64,000 nt of DNA from positions 224,752,001-224,816,000 of the forward strand of contig NC_058368.1 of NCBI RefSeq assembly GCF_018350175.1. The letters are read 5' to 3'. The notes under the pieces are model-generated. The model was not told the origin of the DNA. It worked only from the letters and a program-made list of their open reading frames with translations, and made no database searches. Below, piece after piece: positions 1 to 11,882 of this stretch (position 1 is the first letter of the stretch; every line of letters starts with the position of its first letter). The stretch is from Felis catus. Its lineage: Eukaryota. Both the position numbers and the translations under genes were made by a program.

Positions 1-788
1 ATTAAAATAAGCCACATTTTCTTTTTTGCTTTTCAATTTGCAAACCCTAAGGGCACCCTTTGTGAAATCTGACACTTCTGCCTCTTTCAGTTTATTAGAT
101 CTTGCCGCTGAACAGCAACAAAAGTAGACGACAAGACACTGGAGAAACCCCGAAAGACCTCTCCGCTGCTGTGTCAATGAAATCAGTCTGGAACTGGCAA
201 TAGCAGGTCCCGACAAGCTGGCGGTGACATCTGTTACCATATTGATTGTCAGGCTTTGTTCAAAATCTCCGGCCAGCTGAAAGGCTCTCTTTTCTCCTCA
301 CCTACCTACATGTGTCCCCCTAAGGCTACATTCCAGCTGAAGACACAGGAGGCCCAAATTTAAGGTAGCAGTGTTCATCAATGCCAGGACATTACTAGCA
401 AACTTTCCTGCCCCTCACTGGCTGGCCTACCCAGACAGAAATCAGTTTCGTGAGGATAGGAGGAACTTCGTTCTGGAAGGAGAAAAATATCGGATAATCA
501 TACGGTAAAGGAAGCAGATTGTTCCCTTTGATTTTTTTTTTTTTTTAATTTTTGAGACATCGTTTTTGGTTTTTTGCTTTTCGTTTTTTTTTTTTTTTTT
601 ATCTTTTTGATGGATGAGTAGAAATGGATCTTCCCCTTTTTATTTCTCTTAATCTTTTACCTATCATTTTACTTCAGGGATCAAAAGTGTTTTCATGAGG
701 TTGCATATACTTTGTGTGTGTAGACAAAATACGTCAAACACTTTGGAATATTAAAAAAAAATATTGTGATTGAGAAAGTCATGATTAG

Positions 789-817
789 GGGAGCCTGGGT
801 GGCTCAATTGGTTGAGT
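789..817 (+). mobile_element. Isolated 5' head (A-box region) of a carnivore SINE
   Basis: gggagcctgggtggctcaattggttgagt matches the CAN-SINE start, then similarity stops abruptly. Confidence 0.8.
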
Positions 818-952
818 TATTACACACAGCTAACATGAGGGCTTCCTCTTGTTTGCATTAACATTTGCTAACAAGGTAGATAGGTCTCAGCCCCTTACAA
901 GCTCCCCATCAGAGAGGGGGGAAAATATTCAAAGTTTCAGCATTATCTTTTC

Positions 953-1166
953 TTTTTTTTTCAACTTTTATTTATTTTTGGGACAGAGAGAGAGAGAGAG
1001 CATGAACGGGGGAGGGGCCGAGAGAGAGGGAGACACAGAATCTGAAGCAGGCTCCAGGCTCTGAGCCATCAGCCCAGAGCCTGACGCTGGGCTCGAACTC
1101 ACGGACCGCGAGATCGTGACCTGGCTGAAGTCGGACGCTTAACCGACTGCGCCACCCAGGCGCCCC
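953..1166 (-). mobile_element. Young feline SINE (SINEC_Fc-like)
   Basis: Reverse complement of ggggcgcctgggtggcgcagtcggttaagcgtccgacttcagccagg...; CT-rich body, poly-T tail, CpGs retained; short TSD tcttttct. Confidence 0.95.
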
Positions 1167-1899
1167 TTTCTTTTCTAATCCAAATCACCGTAAACACTCA
1201 CCATGATATTCATTGTTTAGGCCAATTGTATATAATAATACATTTGTTTCGTAAAAGAAAAGAGACTATGGCACGTCTTGAGGACGTTGTGTCTGCTTAA
1301 GTGTCTGTTGTGGCTAAGTACTACATGTGATCAAATATGTGAATGCGTGAAAGGAATGCACACAACTCCAAGTCCTTCTTCTTCCATTTGATGGAGGACC
1401 AGTAGACGCCAAGGGAGAATGATACTAGACCCAGGGCTAGATCTCAGCTGACTTCATCCAGTGTCTACCACACATTTTAGAGCACAGTGCAAAAACAGCT
1501 GTAGAAGAAAGGCAAATTGTAATAGATGCTCAGACAACAATGAGAAAACGCAAAGTACGAAAAGATTACTAAGACAATAACTTTCCAAAAAGCTTCAGTT
1601 TCTCTATGAAGGTATTCAAAAAAATTGATGAGGAGTGGAGGTCATGCAAGCATGGATATTGTTTGAGTTTTCTGGGGGTTGAGACCCCCATAAACCAACT
1701 TTAATGCCAATTACTGCTGAACCCTGTAGGCAAATTACCTACAGTAATTTACCAGAAGTTACCAATTTCTTTTAGAAGTTGAAGAAACTAAATGTAGATA
1801 GAGAAGGTGAATTGATCACATTTTCCTTGATTGTCATGATAATCCAGATGGACAATACATAAATGTTCAGTAGATTTCATTTATTGATTCATTTTGATT

Positions 1900-1945
1900 G
1901 ATAGATGGATAGATAGATAGATAGATAGATGATAGATAGATAGAT
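1900..1945 (+). repeat. (GATA)n microsatellite
   Basis: gatagatagatag... tandem run. Confidence 0.95.
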
Positions 1946-2040
1946 CTCAATGAGAAAATTAAAAAAAAAAAAGTGGGAGGTGGATGTTGGCCAACTTAAA
2001 AAATAAGATAAAATAGTCAAGTAGAGTCTTAGAAATGTAT

Positions 2041-2234
2041 GTGGCGTCTGGGTGGCTCAGCCGGTTAAGTGTCCGAACCTCAGCTCAGGTCATGATCTCA
2101 CAGTTTGTGAATTCGAGCCCTGTGTTGGGATCTGTGCTGACACCTCCGAGCCTGGATTCTGTGTCTGCCTCTCTCCCTGCCCCTCCACCACTCATGGTCT
2201 GTCTTGTTCTCTCAAAAATAAACATTTAAAAAAA
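2041..2234 (+). mobile_element. Carnivore SINE (SINEC)
   Basis: ggtggctcagccggttaagtgtccga...caggtcatgatctcacag...aaaaataaacatttaaaa. Confidence 0.95.
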
Positions 2235-2346
2235 AAAGTCATGATTAGAGATGGTGATATTGATTCTGTGAATGAATATTTGAATGAGAGGTACGTACCC
2301 AAATACAAACTATATTATTTGAACTGTGATATTTTCCCTTACCATA

Positions 2347-2519
2347 AGCGGGGAGGGGCAGAGAGAGAGGGAGACATAGAATCCGAAGCAGGCTCCAGGC
2401 TCTGAGCTGTCAGCAACAGAGCCTGATGTGGGGCTCTGGAACCATGGAACCCAGGAACCATGCGATCGTGACCTGAGCTAAAAGTCAGACACTTAATCAA
2501 CTGAGCCACCCAGTGCCCC
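2347..2519 (-). mobile_element. SINEC lacking its A-tail
   Basis: ggggagggcagagagagagggagaca...ctgagccacccagtgcccc; no poly-T on the left; small internal ggaacc duplication. Confidence 0.9.
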
Positions 2520-4649
2520 GTCATCCAAAATTTTATTTCTGTTATTTAAATGCTACCATTTCCAGGTTAAAAATTTTTGACAAAAAATAGTGTAATATAT
2601 CCTGGGTGTGTTTATGTTTTAAATAGCATATTGTAAATGGTATTTTGACAGTTTTATGATATACGTTCTTAAAATCTTGGAGCACACATTACGCTATTGA
2701 CCAATTCGTATTTTGAAATTCTATTTATTTATTTTTATTTATTAAAAAATAAGTAGCTCCTAAAGACATGAATATAAAAATATTCTATGATTAAAAAAAT
2801 TATGTGATGGACTATTTAATCTTATAATATTATCCTATATTCATTATATTATAATAAGCATGATTCTGGTGAAATCTTATGTCCTTATATGCATCCATAC
2901 ATATGCCTGAGAAAAATTAATAAGAGGTGTATTTTCCTTTCATTGCTACCAGCATTTTTTATATCTTAAGAATTTTAATTCTTGCTACAGAAATACATAT
3001 AGCAGAAATATATAAATGTAACAAAAATATATTTGGTTTGTGCGAAAGTATATGGGATGCCATCACTAGATAGATTTAATTGAAATGTAAGTGTCATTTC
3101 AGTATTGGGAACTTTTTCACCGAAGAGCCCTCACTAATCATTTTTATTTTACTATTTATTTCTTTTTACAAATTTATAATTTATGTTTTCCTTCTGGGGG
3201 GAACCGATAATCTCTCCAGCTGAGTGTTACAAAGTTTCAAATATTCTAAGACACAGGCAGTAGACTGGATCAGTAGTGTGAATCCATTTCATTGAACCCA
3301 GTGATCAAAAGCAAAGTGATATGAATGGAAGGAAGTGTCATGGAGAAAATCCCTATACATTCCAAGAGAGAAAAACTGAGGCTCAGGGAAGATACGAAAC
3401 TCACTGGGGCTGAAACACGGAATCAGACCTCCAGACCACCAGCCCTGGTTGTCATTACACCTTGCAGAATGGTGTCCAGAAGTTTCTGAGAAGTTAATTT
3501 GATAGTTGAAATAGCTCCTTCATGGCTTTTTAAGTTGGGATCAATTTGGTGAACTATATTTGTCCAATCCTTTCAGATTTATAGGGTTCTTCTACATACA
3601 CTTTGCAATTTACTTCATTTCAACTTGGACTTTTGAGCATCTAATATGTCCAAGTCAATTTGTTGGCACTGAGAAATATAGGGGTGCCATTGAAAAACTT
3701 CTCTCTTCATGAAGCATATACTCCACAGAGAGAGAAATGTCATACATAGACTGGTAATAACAAAGGGCCACAGGCCAAATATAAAATCTATCGTTTTCAT
3801 TCACTCTGCCTAGAAGATTCTAGGCTTCGTGTTTGCTTTTGGTTTTGACTTTGGTAATAGTCCTTGTCACGGTATGCAACAAATGCAGGCTGTTTGATTC
3901 ACCAGCATAAGTATATGCAGCTACCTGAACTTGTCAGGATACACCCTATGCCACATCATGACTTCTGGAGGGAAAATGAGTCGGAATTTGGGGTATTGGA
4001 AGTGAATGTTAAGTCTGAATTTAAAGATGTGTTTATTAGTTGTGCACAAACAGAAGAAGCAAATCGGTTTAGTTTCAATTTTTGTAGTTATAGTCCTTGT
4101 GCTGAAAGAAGAGAACTCCTTTCTCGTGGTTATTTTTGCCAAAATACATCATCTTTTTAAACCATCAAACAGCACAGAAAGCTTCATAATAAAAAGGCGT
4201 AATCTCTGTCCCAAACCTGACCGTCAACTCGCCCTCCCCAACTGGGAATTCTCACGGTTTCCACGTTTAGTTCTTCCGTGGTTTTTCCTTCTACCCTACA
4301 TACCATGTTCCTCCAACCCTTTCTTGATTTACAATATCCTATATTACCTGTTGGCTTCCTCCTATAAAAGACAAGCATTTATCTATCTTCTACCACTCTC
4401 AATATACCTAATATGAATATATTCCCCATGTAATCTTATAACTCTATGAGTTATCATTATAATTTAAAATAACTTCTTATTTTAGTTCTACTAACTGAAG
4501 ATATATGATATATGATAAGATGAGCTCCCTCATTCTTCTTTCTCCAACTTTCTTAGTAGCTCCCAAGTCGTGCTGGCAAGACATTTGTTTTTACATGGTT
4601 AGATCTGGTCAACTTGCATTATATTCTGCCATACAGTCTACTCTCTTAG

Positions 4650-5008
4650 TACATTCCAATTATACATTATCATATTATCAACTATGGTCACTGTGCTATA
4701 AACTAGATTCTCAGACCTTATTCATCTTCCAATTATAATTAGTCCCCTTTTACCAACCCCCTCTATTATCCCACCTCCCCAATTCCTAGCAGCTATTTTT
4801 ATACTCTCTTTCCTGGCGTACAACTTTCTCTTTCTGGCTTATTTTGCTTTAGCGTAATGTCTTCCAGACTCACCTGTATTGCAAATTACAAAATTCCCTT
4901 TCCTTTTCAGGCTGCATAATATTTATCTGTGCGTGTATTGTACACGTGTGTGTGTGTGCGTGTGTGTGTGTCACACGTTCTTGATCCATTCATCCATTGA
5001 CAACACCA
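4650..5008 (-). mobile_element. Old L1 3' UTR fragment (L1MA/L1_Carn-like)
   Basis: tattatcaactatggtcactgtgctata...ttctggcttattttgctttagcgtaatg...atccattcatccattga are typical antisense L1 3' end motifs. Confidence 0.75.
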
Positions 5009-5489
5009 ATATTTGAATGACTCACGAGCAAAGACACTTCTTACATATTGTCGTTTGCAAAAAAATAAAAAGTGAGACAATCCTTTTCTTAAGGAGTCAG
5101 TCTGCAGAATGAAAACCGTCATACAAATTACTAAAATTCAGTAGAAAGGTATGTGTAAGTGCCAAATTTTTAAAAACCACACAACCAGCTGTTTGGAATT
5201 GGCCAGAGCAGAGGGAAGGATCAGGAGGAAGCCTGGACGTTAAGTAGACATAGGTAGCTTTGGAGGAAAAATTTACTGTGCGAAGGTCTTTGACCGGAAA
5301 GTAAGATATTTTACACATGCACACACATGCCTACAGGCATGCTCATGGATACAGCATACTTTTCTCCACACCATGTAGTGGTATCATAATCTTGTTGATT
5401 AATATTGAGTTTATACTTTTATGACTATGTAAATAATATTCCCAACTAAGTCATGAAATGAACTGTAATTAAATTTCCTTCTTACAACA

Positions 5490-5518
5490 AAGAAAGAAAC
5501 AAAGAAGAAAGAAAGAAA

Positions 5519-5558
<40 letters not shown>

Positions 5559-5575
5559 AGAAAGAAAGAAAGAAA
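5490..5575 (+). repeat. (GAAA)n microsatellite
   Basis: Tandem gaaa run. Confidence 0.95.
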
Positions 5576-5616
5576 CTAAGGTGTTTTAGATCCTTTATAA
5601 AATAAAAGCATCACAG

Positions 5617-6361
5617 GGGGGCCTAGGTGACTCAGTTGGTTAAGCATCCAATTCTTTTTTTTCCTTTAATTTATTTTTTAATTCACATCCAAGTTAGTTA
5701 GAGTAGAATCTAGTGATTCATCCCCTACATATAACACCCAGTGCTCATCTCAACGAGTGTCCTCCTCAATGCCCCTTGCCCATTTGGCCCATCCCCATAC
5801 CCACAAGCCCTCCAGCAACCCTCGGTTTGGTTTTTAAATTTAAGAGTCTCTTGTGTTTTGTCCCCCTCCCTGTTTTTATGTTATTTTTGCTTCCCTTCCC
5901 TTCCCTTCCCTTCCCTTCCCTTATCTATTCCCTTCCCTATATCTATTTTGTATATTAAATTCCACATATGGGTGAAGTCATATGGTATTTGTCTTTCTCT
6001 AATTTGGCTTAGCTTTATACACTCTAGTGACATCCATGTTGTTGCAAATGGCAAGTTTCATTCTTTTTGATTGCTGAGTCATATTCCATTGTACATATAT
6101 ACCACATCTTCTTTATCCATTAATCAGTCAATGGACATTTGGGTTATATCCATAGTTTGGCTAATGTCGATAAAAGCATCCAACTCTTGATTTCTGCTCA
6201 GGTCATGATCTCACAGTTCATGAGTTCGAGCCCTGCGTCAGGCTCTCACCTGGCAGCATGGAGTCTGTTTGGGATCTTGTCTCCCTCTCTCTCTGCCCCT
6301 CCCCTTTTTGGTCTCTAGCTGTCTCTCTCAAAAGTAAATGAATAAAAATAATAAAACTTTT
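5617..6361 (+). mobile_element. Older SINEC split by an L1 insertion (head 5617-5654, remainder 6174-6361)
   Basis: ggggcctaggtgactcagttggttaagcatccaa resumes at 6174 as aagcatccaactcttgatttctgctcaggtcatgatc. Confidence 0.9.
5655..6173 (-). mobile_element. 5'-truncated carnivore/feline L1 3' end
   Basis: Poly-T, ataacacccagtgctcatc, taagagtctc, ttccacatatgggtgaagtcatatggtatttgtc; TSD aagcatccaa(t/c)tc at 5642-5654 and 6174-6186. Confidence 0.92.
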
Positions 6362-6581
6362 GGGGCGCCTGGGTGGCGCAGTCGGTTAAGCGTCCGACTT
6401 CAGCCAGGTCACGATCTCGCGGTCCGGGAGTTCGAGCCCCGCGTCAGGCTCTGGGCTGATGGCTCAGATACTGGAGCCTGTTTCGGATTCTGTGTCTCCC
6501 TCTCTCTCTGCCCCTCCCCCGTTCATGCTCTGTCTCTTGCTGTCCCAAAAATAAATAAACGTTGAAAAAAAATTTAAAAAA
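6362..6581 (+). mobile_element. Young feline SINE (SINEC_Fc-like)
   Basis: Near-consensus with CpGs intact; 18-bp TSD aaaaataataaaactttt at 6344-6361 and 6582-6599. Confidence 0.97.
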
Positions 6582-6605
6582 AAAAATAATAAAACTTTTA
6601 AAAAA

Positions 6606-6657
6606 GAAATAAAATAAATAAAATAAAATAAAATAAAATAAAATAAAATAAAATAAA
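6606..6657 (+). repeat. (AAAAT)n, expanded SINE tail
   Basis: Tandem aaaat run. Confidence 0.9.
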
Positions 6658-6932
6658 GGGTCATAAAGTTTTGGACTGGTAAAATTTAAACCATAATTGT
6701 TTAACCAAAAGCTAGAGTGGTTTACGTTTTGTTTTGTTTTGTTTCAGTTCTTACAATGCGGTAAGTTCCGTTAGAGTAATTTGTAAAGAAACTCATTAAT
6801 TTTGTGAAGACACAAGTTAAAGAATTCATTATACTCTTCTCAGGTTCTGAAATTCACTGAATTCTAGGAGGACTGTAAGGCAAAGAATTGTCGTTACACT
6901 CAACTAATTCTAATTAAAAAGTTTTTTCTCCA

Positions 6933-7011
6933 TAGGTTAAGCTACATGAAATTGTCATTACCCAAACATTTTTAGACCCACCAAATCCAATCTCATATGG
7001 TTCAACTTAAT
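6933..7011. mobile_element. MADE2-like Mariner MITE
   Basis: ~80 bp with imperfect terminal inverted repeats taggttaagctacatgaaattg ... caatctcatatggttcaacttaa. Confidence 0.7.
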
Positions 7012-8259
7012 GAAATAAAATTCCATTTATAAATTATAGTTCTGCTTTCCAAACGCTGCATTTAGAAATATGTTGTAATCTATGCGCAGTTAACCTTGTA
7101 AATCATCCCAGTCAATGACAGGGCAATTATAACCTAAAAGCAAAGTCTTAGGATTCTAATATTCCAAGGTGAAAGTCAACTGGAAAATAATACGCTATGC
7201 ATTTATCGCAAGACAGCAGTGACTTAGGTATTTTCTGTATTCGAAAGGATAGAATATGGGTAACATGGAGGAAAAAGTGAGAAAATTGCATTTTGGATAA
7301 CTCATAGGCTGGCCCAAAATTTTCACACAAGTAGCTCTCACTCCTTACCATGTCTTCCTATGTTTTTAGGTAGCCCGTGCAATGAGTGGTGCCATCGCAA
7401 TCAAAACATCAGATACGGGATTCCAAGTGCATTAGTGATGTGCTGTTATAAGAGCAGTCTCTTTCCTGGGTGCACATTAGACTTGCAGGGCTGTGCAGCT
7501 GGCAAAGAATGAGATGCTATGAAGCAGCTATTTAAATGTGAATTGCTTTTCAAGCTGCCAGAGGTAATAGCGGACTTAAAAGAAATTTTCTCCATTTCAG
7601 AAAATTAACAACCTCTAGGGAGAAATATTCTCAAAGAGTCACTTAAGACATAAGGGCACTTTCTTTCTGTCCCTTAAAATTACCACAGCTTCCAAAAATA
7701 CCACCCCGGGGATGTATCCTTGGGCCTTTACATTCCTGTAAACTTTATTAAACATGCTGATGGCGAGATCTCTCCAACTTTAAACTGTGAAACACAGAAA
7801 AGTGAATTGTTTGTTCTTCTTTCGCACTCCTAAACCCAGGTTAGGAAATTTTAATAGATGCAATAACTCTGGAAATTGCACACAATTTTAGTCTCTACCT
7901 TTCACAGGCTACAGAATGGATCATTATTGTTAAAGAGGGTGAAATTCAATTACACATTTTCCAACCTGAATTGTGACTTAAAAATAATACAATACTGTTT
8001 GAATGCCTATGATTAACTTATCACAGGAAAGGAAAATGTAAGAGAAGGCACCCTGAATAGCAGTTCATTTATATTAATTCTTAAATTACACAGACTTGGT
8101 GTGTTACCATTAGATCTTAACCATCTTTATTTGGAAACTAGTTCTTTAGGAGTAGAGAGTTACTCTGATCAAAAATCGCTGTTCTTACTTAAAAGGAGCA
8201 AACCAGTATAATGAACTTAGGTCTTATTTGAATCAATTTGCATGTTAAAATTGGAAAGT

Positions 8260-8478
8260 GGGGTGTCAGGTGGCTCAAGTTGGTGGAACCTCCGACTCTT
8301 GATTTCCGCTCTGGTCAGGATCTCACGATTCATGAGCTCAAGTCCTTGCCTCAGGCTCTGCACTGACAGAGAGGAGCCTGCTTGGGATTCTCTTTCCCTC
8401 CCTCGATCTCTGCCCCTTCCCCATTCACACTATCTCTGTCTCTCTCTACAAATAAGTAACTAACTCAACAAAATAAAA
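8260..8478 (+). mobile_element. Diverged SINEC
   Basis: SINE head/body motifs, decayed tail, partial TSD gaaagtg. Confidence 0.9.
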
Positions 8479-8696
8479 CCAGAAAGTGATTCCTTTTTAA
8501 GTTGTAAAATACCCTTGAGCTGCCATCTTGGAAGGATGCGCAATATATGTACCCTTTCTTCTGTTTGAAGAAAACCCTTCCTTTTATTAGTCTGAGTGAG
8601 GGACCGAAAATGCCTCTCCTTTGAGTGCTGAAAAGTCTAGATCTCTGGTTTCCTAGCCTTCTCTGCTTGATCCGTTGGCATGGGACTTAGGCGTCT

Positions 8697-8958
8697 TTTT
8701 GTTTTAATTTTTTTTAATGCTTATTTATTTTGAAAGAGAGAGAGAGAGGGAAAGAGAAAGAGAGAGAAAGAGAGAGAGACTAAGCACAAGTGGGGGAGGG
8801 GCAGAGAGAGAGGGAGACATCGAATCTGAAGCAGCATCCAGGCTCTGAGCTGTCAGCTGTCAGCTGTCAGCCTGACCCAGGGCTCAAACTCACAAACCGT
8901 GAGCTCATGACCTGAGCTGAAGTCAGACGCTTAACCCATTGAGCCGCCCAGGCGCCCC
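8697..8958 (-). mobile_element. SINEC
   Basis: Poly-T, GA-rich tract, ends gccgcccaggcgcccc; TSD acttaggc(g/t)tctt; agctgtc triplicated internally. Confidence 0.95.
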
Positions 8959-9504
8959 AACTTAGGCTTCTTTGCATGGACACAACTTGCCTGACTTTGT
9001 GTAACGAGCTGGTGGCCTCCGTGGAAGGGGCTGCCGTGGTGACAAATCCATTCTCCCCCTGTCATTCCCCCCTGAGACACCAGGCTCCTGGAGCAAAGAA
9101 GCAGGTTAGCAGGTGCCTACAGGTTCAGGGAAACTGAGTTCTCAGCGGGGAGGGGGCGGTGTGGACACTACAGCCTCTAGTGGAAGGGGCTGCTTGTAGC
9201 GGACAGTTCTGTGTGTGCCTTTGGGGGCCTGGGGCTGCGAGGGTTGTACTTTGTGACTCCTCCCACCTCCCCACTGCTTCAGGAGGTACCCAGTCTCCTT
9301 GTATCGTGTTTCTTTTCTCCCTTAGTTGGCCAGAGAAAGCTTCTGCCCCTTGCAGCTAAGAAATGCGACGGATACATCACGGTGTCCTTGAACATTCTTC
9401 ATCCATTCCAGGCCTTCTGTGTTTCCTAGCGCAATTGACATAGTACCCAGTTTACACAGCAACTTTAAGTAGCAACCACATTCTTGTTTCCCAGCAGAGG
9501 CTTG

Positions 9505-9554
9505 ACTTTTTCTTTCTTTTCTTTTCTTTCTTTCTTTCTTTCTTTCTTTCTTTC
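9505..9554 (+). repeat. (TTTC)n
   Basis: Tandem tttc run. Confidence 0.9.
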
Positions 9555-9772
9555 GGTTCATTTGTCTGTTGGTGGGCATGTTTTTAAATCTAGATCCATA
9601 AAAAAAAAGAAAAAGTTTCATATGTATTACAATTATTTGAACCGTTTCTCCAGTTCAAGTTGGGATGGTGGTTTTGGAGATCTGGCTCCCTCTCGATCCA
9701 CGACGGCATTTCTCAGGAAAACGATGCTGAAGCCTTAGAAGCAGGACGGGTCTTTAGAAACCACCCGGCTCC

Positions 9773-9975
9773 GGGAGCCAGGGTGACTCAGTCAGTTAAG
9801 CTTCTGACTCTTGATCTTGGCTGAAGTCGTGATCCCAGCATCGCGGGAGGGACGGAACCCCGCCTGGGGCTCAGCACTGAGGCACTGAGCTTGCTTGGGA
9901 TTCTCTCCTCTCTCTGCCCTTCCCCGACCCCCCCACCCCCGCCAAATAAATAAATAAACATTAAAAAAAAAAAAA
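9773..9975 (+). mobile_element. Diverged SINEC
   Basis: gggtgactcagtcagttaagcttctgactcttgat...aataaataaacattaaaa; TSD agaaaccac. Confidence 0.9.
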
Positions 9976-9991
9976 GAAACCACTGGCTTAC

Positions 9992-10125
9992 CAGGGTTTC
10001 TCAAACTATTGACATTTAGGGATGGACAATTTGTGTTTGTGTAAGGCTTTCCTTGAGCATTAGAGGAAGTTTAACAGCATCCTTGCCCTCTAATCCACTG
10101 GATGCCAACAACAAACCATCTCCTG
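9992..10125. mobile_element. MER20-like hAT-Charlie DNA transposon fragment
   Basis: cagggtttctcaaactattgacattt...tttaacagcatccttgccctctaatccactggatgcca resembles the MER20 consensus. Confidence 0.7.
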
Positions 10126-10349
10126 TCAGCGTGAGAACTTTGGTTTGGGGTCAGATCAGAGAGGGTACTAGAGTTTTATATATGCGAAAGGAGGGTGATA
10201 GCCCTGACCTCGTCTCTGAGGCTCCCTTTGGTTGCAAACACCTTGCTTTACTTTGAACTTTTCCTCCCTGATCGAAGTGTCAGGTGAGGAATTGAAGGGG
10301 CTAAGACACATCCTCAAGCCTCCTCTCGGGACTGTTTTTGTGTCAGACG

Positions 10350-10850
10350 ATGAAAAATTTTGAGGGCCAGGCTAAGCAATTTTAGCATCAAAGAGTGATT
10401 AAATAGTTTCATGCAGGAGGCGACATAAGCAGGGTTTTAGAAATTTTAATCTGGTTTAGTGTGCAGGGGTTAAAAGGAAGAAAGGATATACCCTGAATTT
10501 CCATAGAGGAGGTTACTGCAATAATCCAAATGCGAGATGAGAAGAGCCTGAATTAGGAGCCTGTCAATGGACGTTGCTGAAAGGACGATGCAGAAAGAAA
10601 TTCACAACGATTGGATAAAGAGTAAAAACTCTAAGACCGCCATGGTGTTCTGAAAGCAAATGCCACAAAAAACAGCTGTAGCCTTAAGGGAAATAAGGCA
10701 GTAAAGAATAGGAGTCCATATTAGAGGAAAAAATCGAGTTAAATGACAGATCTACAAAGTTTTGGATCACAGGTAGTAGAATGTCCATAAAACTATGTAG
10801 GACTATGCCTAGAAGAGAGGATTAAGTTGGAGAAACAAATTTGAGAACAC
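10350..10850 (-). mobile_element. L2 fragment
   Basis: ggaggttactgcaataatccaaatgcgagatgagaagagcctgaattagg is a typical antisense L2 motif. Confidence 0.6.
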
Positions 10851-11656
10851 ATTTTTAAAGTTGTAATCAACGGTTTGATTTAACTCTTCAAAGTCTCCAT
10901 ACACTTAACCATAATGAGTCTTTAGCATACTGAACTGTGGGAACAATATTCAAAGCAGCATTGTGTATTACAACTGGCCGTGGAGAAAGAAAAACAGCAT
11001 ACGTCAGTAAAATTAGGCTGCTCTACAATGTTCTAAATGTCAAGAGGAGGTGTAACTCAACCCCGTGGGGATCAAAATAATTTTTTCCCACGTTCTAAAA
11101 ATTAAAAATTAACCACAAGTACTATCTTTAATATTCTACTCTCTTGAACAACTGTTGCAACCTCTAAAGATCTTCCAAGTCATGAACTCTGCCTCGTTCC
11201 CCTGAATGAATACCTGACTTTCTTGACAAACATGTAATTGAATTTTTTTTTTAAATACACATTTGGTCTCACCTTGTTTGCAAATTCGTCCTTGAACATC
11301 TATTCAAATGTAATGGCCTTTAGAAGTTTGTTTACATGTGCATCCAGAGACCTGTTCCCCTAGAAGATGCCAAGGGTACATTTAGCAAAGGACATTGGGA
11401 AACTTGGCTTGTTCTTTGTGGATGAGGGAAACTGTAAAATTGATCTGGCAAGTACTGAAGGGTGAAGGTCTCTGGTTTAGATTTTCTCCACCACTTCCCG
11501 CGCATAGTTTTTCAGTAAATGGCAAAAAGTGTATTTCAAGCGATTAAATCTATTTTTCTCACACAAACAAATGTCAAAAGGATTCTGTTTTTATTCTCCA
11601 TTAATTGTTCCAATGATGAACTTTGGCCTCTTTAATTTTTCCACATTTTGCAATTG

Positions 11657-11882
11657 ATTTTATTTTTTTTAATTTTTTTTTTTTGATATTTATTTGAGAG
11701 ACAGAGAGAGACAGAGCATGAGCAGGGGAGGGGCAGAGAGAGAGGGAGACACAGAATCCGAAGCAGGCTCCAGGCTCCGAGCTGTCAGCACAGAGCCCGA
11801 TGCGGGGCTCAAACTCATGGACTACAAGATCATGACCTGGGCCGAAGCCAGACGCTCAACCGACTGAGCCACTCAGACGCCC
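11657..11882 (-). mobile_element. SINEC
   Basis: Poly-T tail, gagacacagaatccgaagcaggctccaggctc, ends ctgagccactcagacgccc. Confidence 0.95.

Noticed and set aside
3864..4416. Cluster of 60-136 aa ORFs in unique DNA
   Set aside because: Overlapping frames on both strands, mostly non-ATG starts, no recognisable protein or convincing splice sites.
6362..6445. tRNA-like A/B boxes at SINE heads
   Set aside because: CAN-SINEs are tRNA-derived; these are not tRNA genes.
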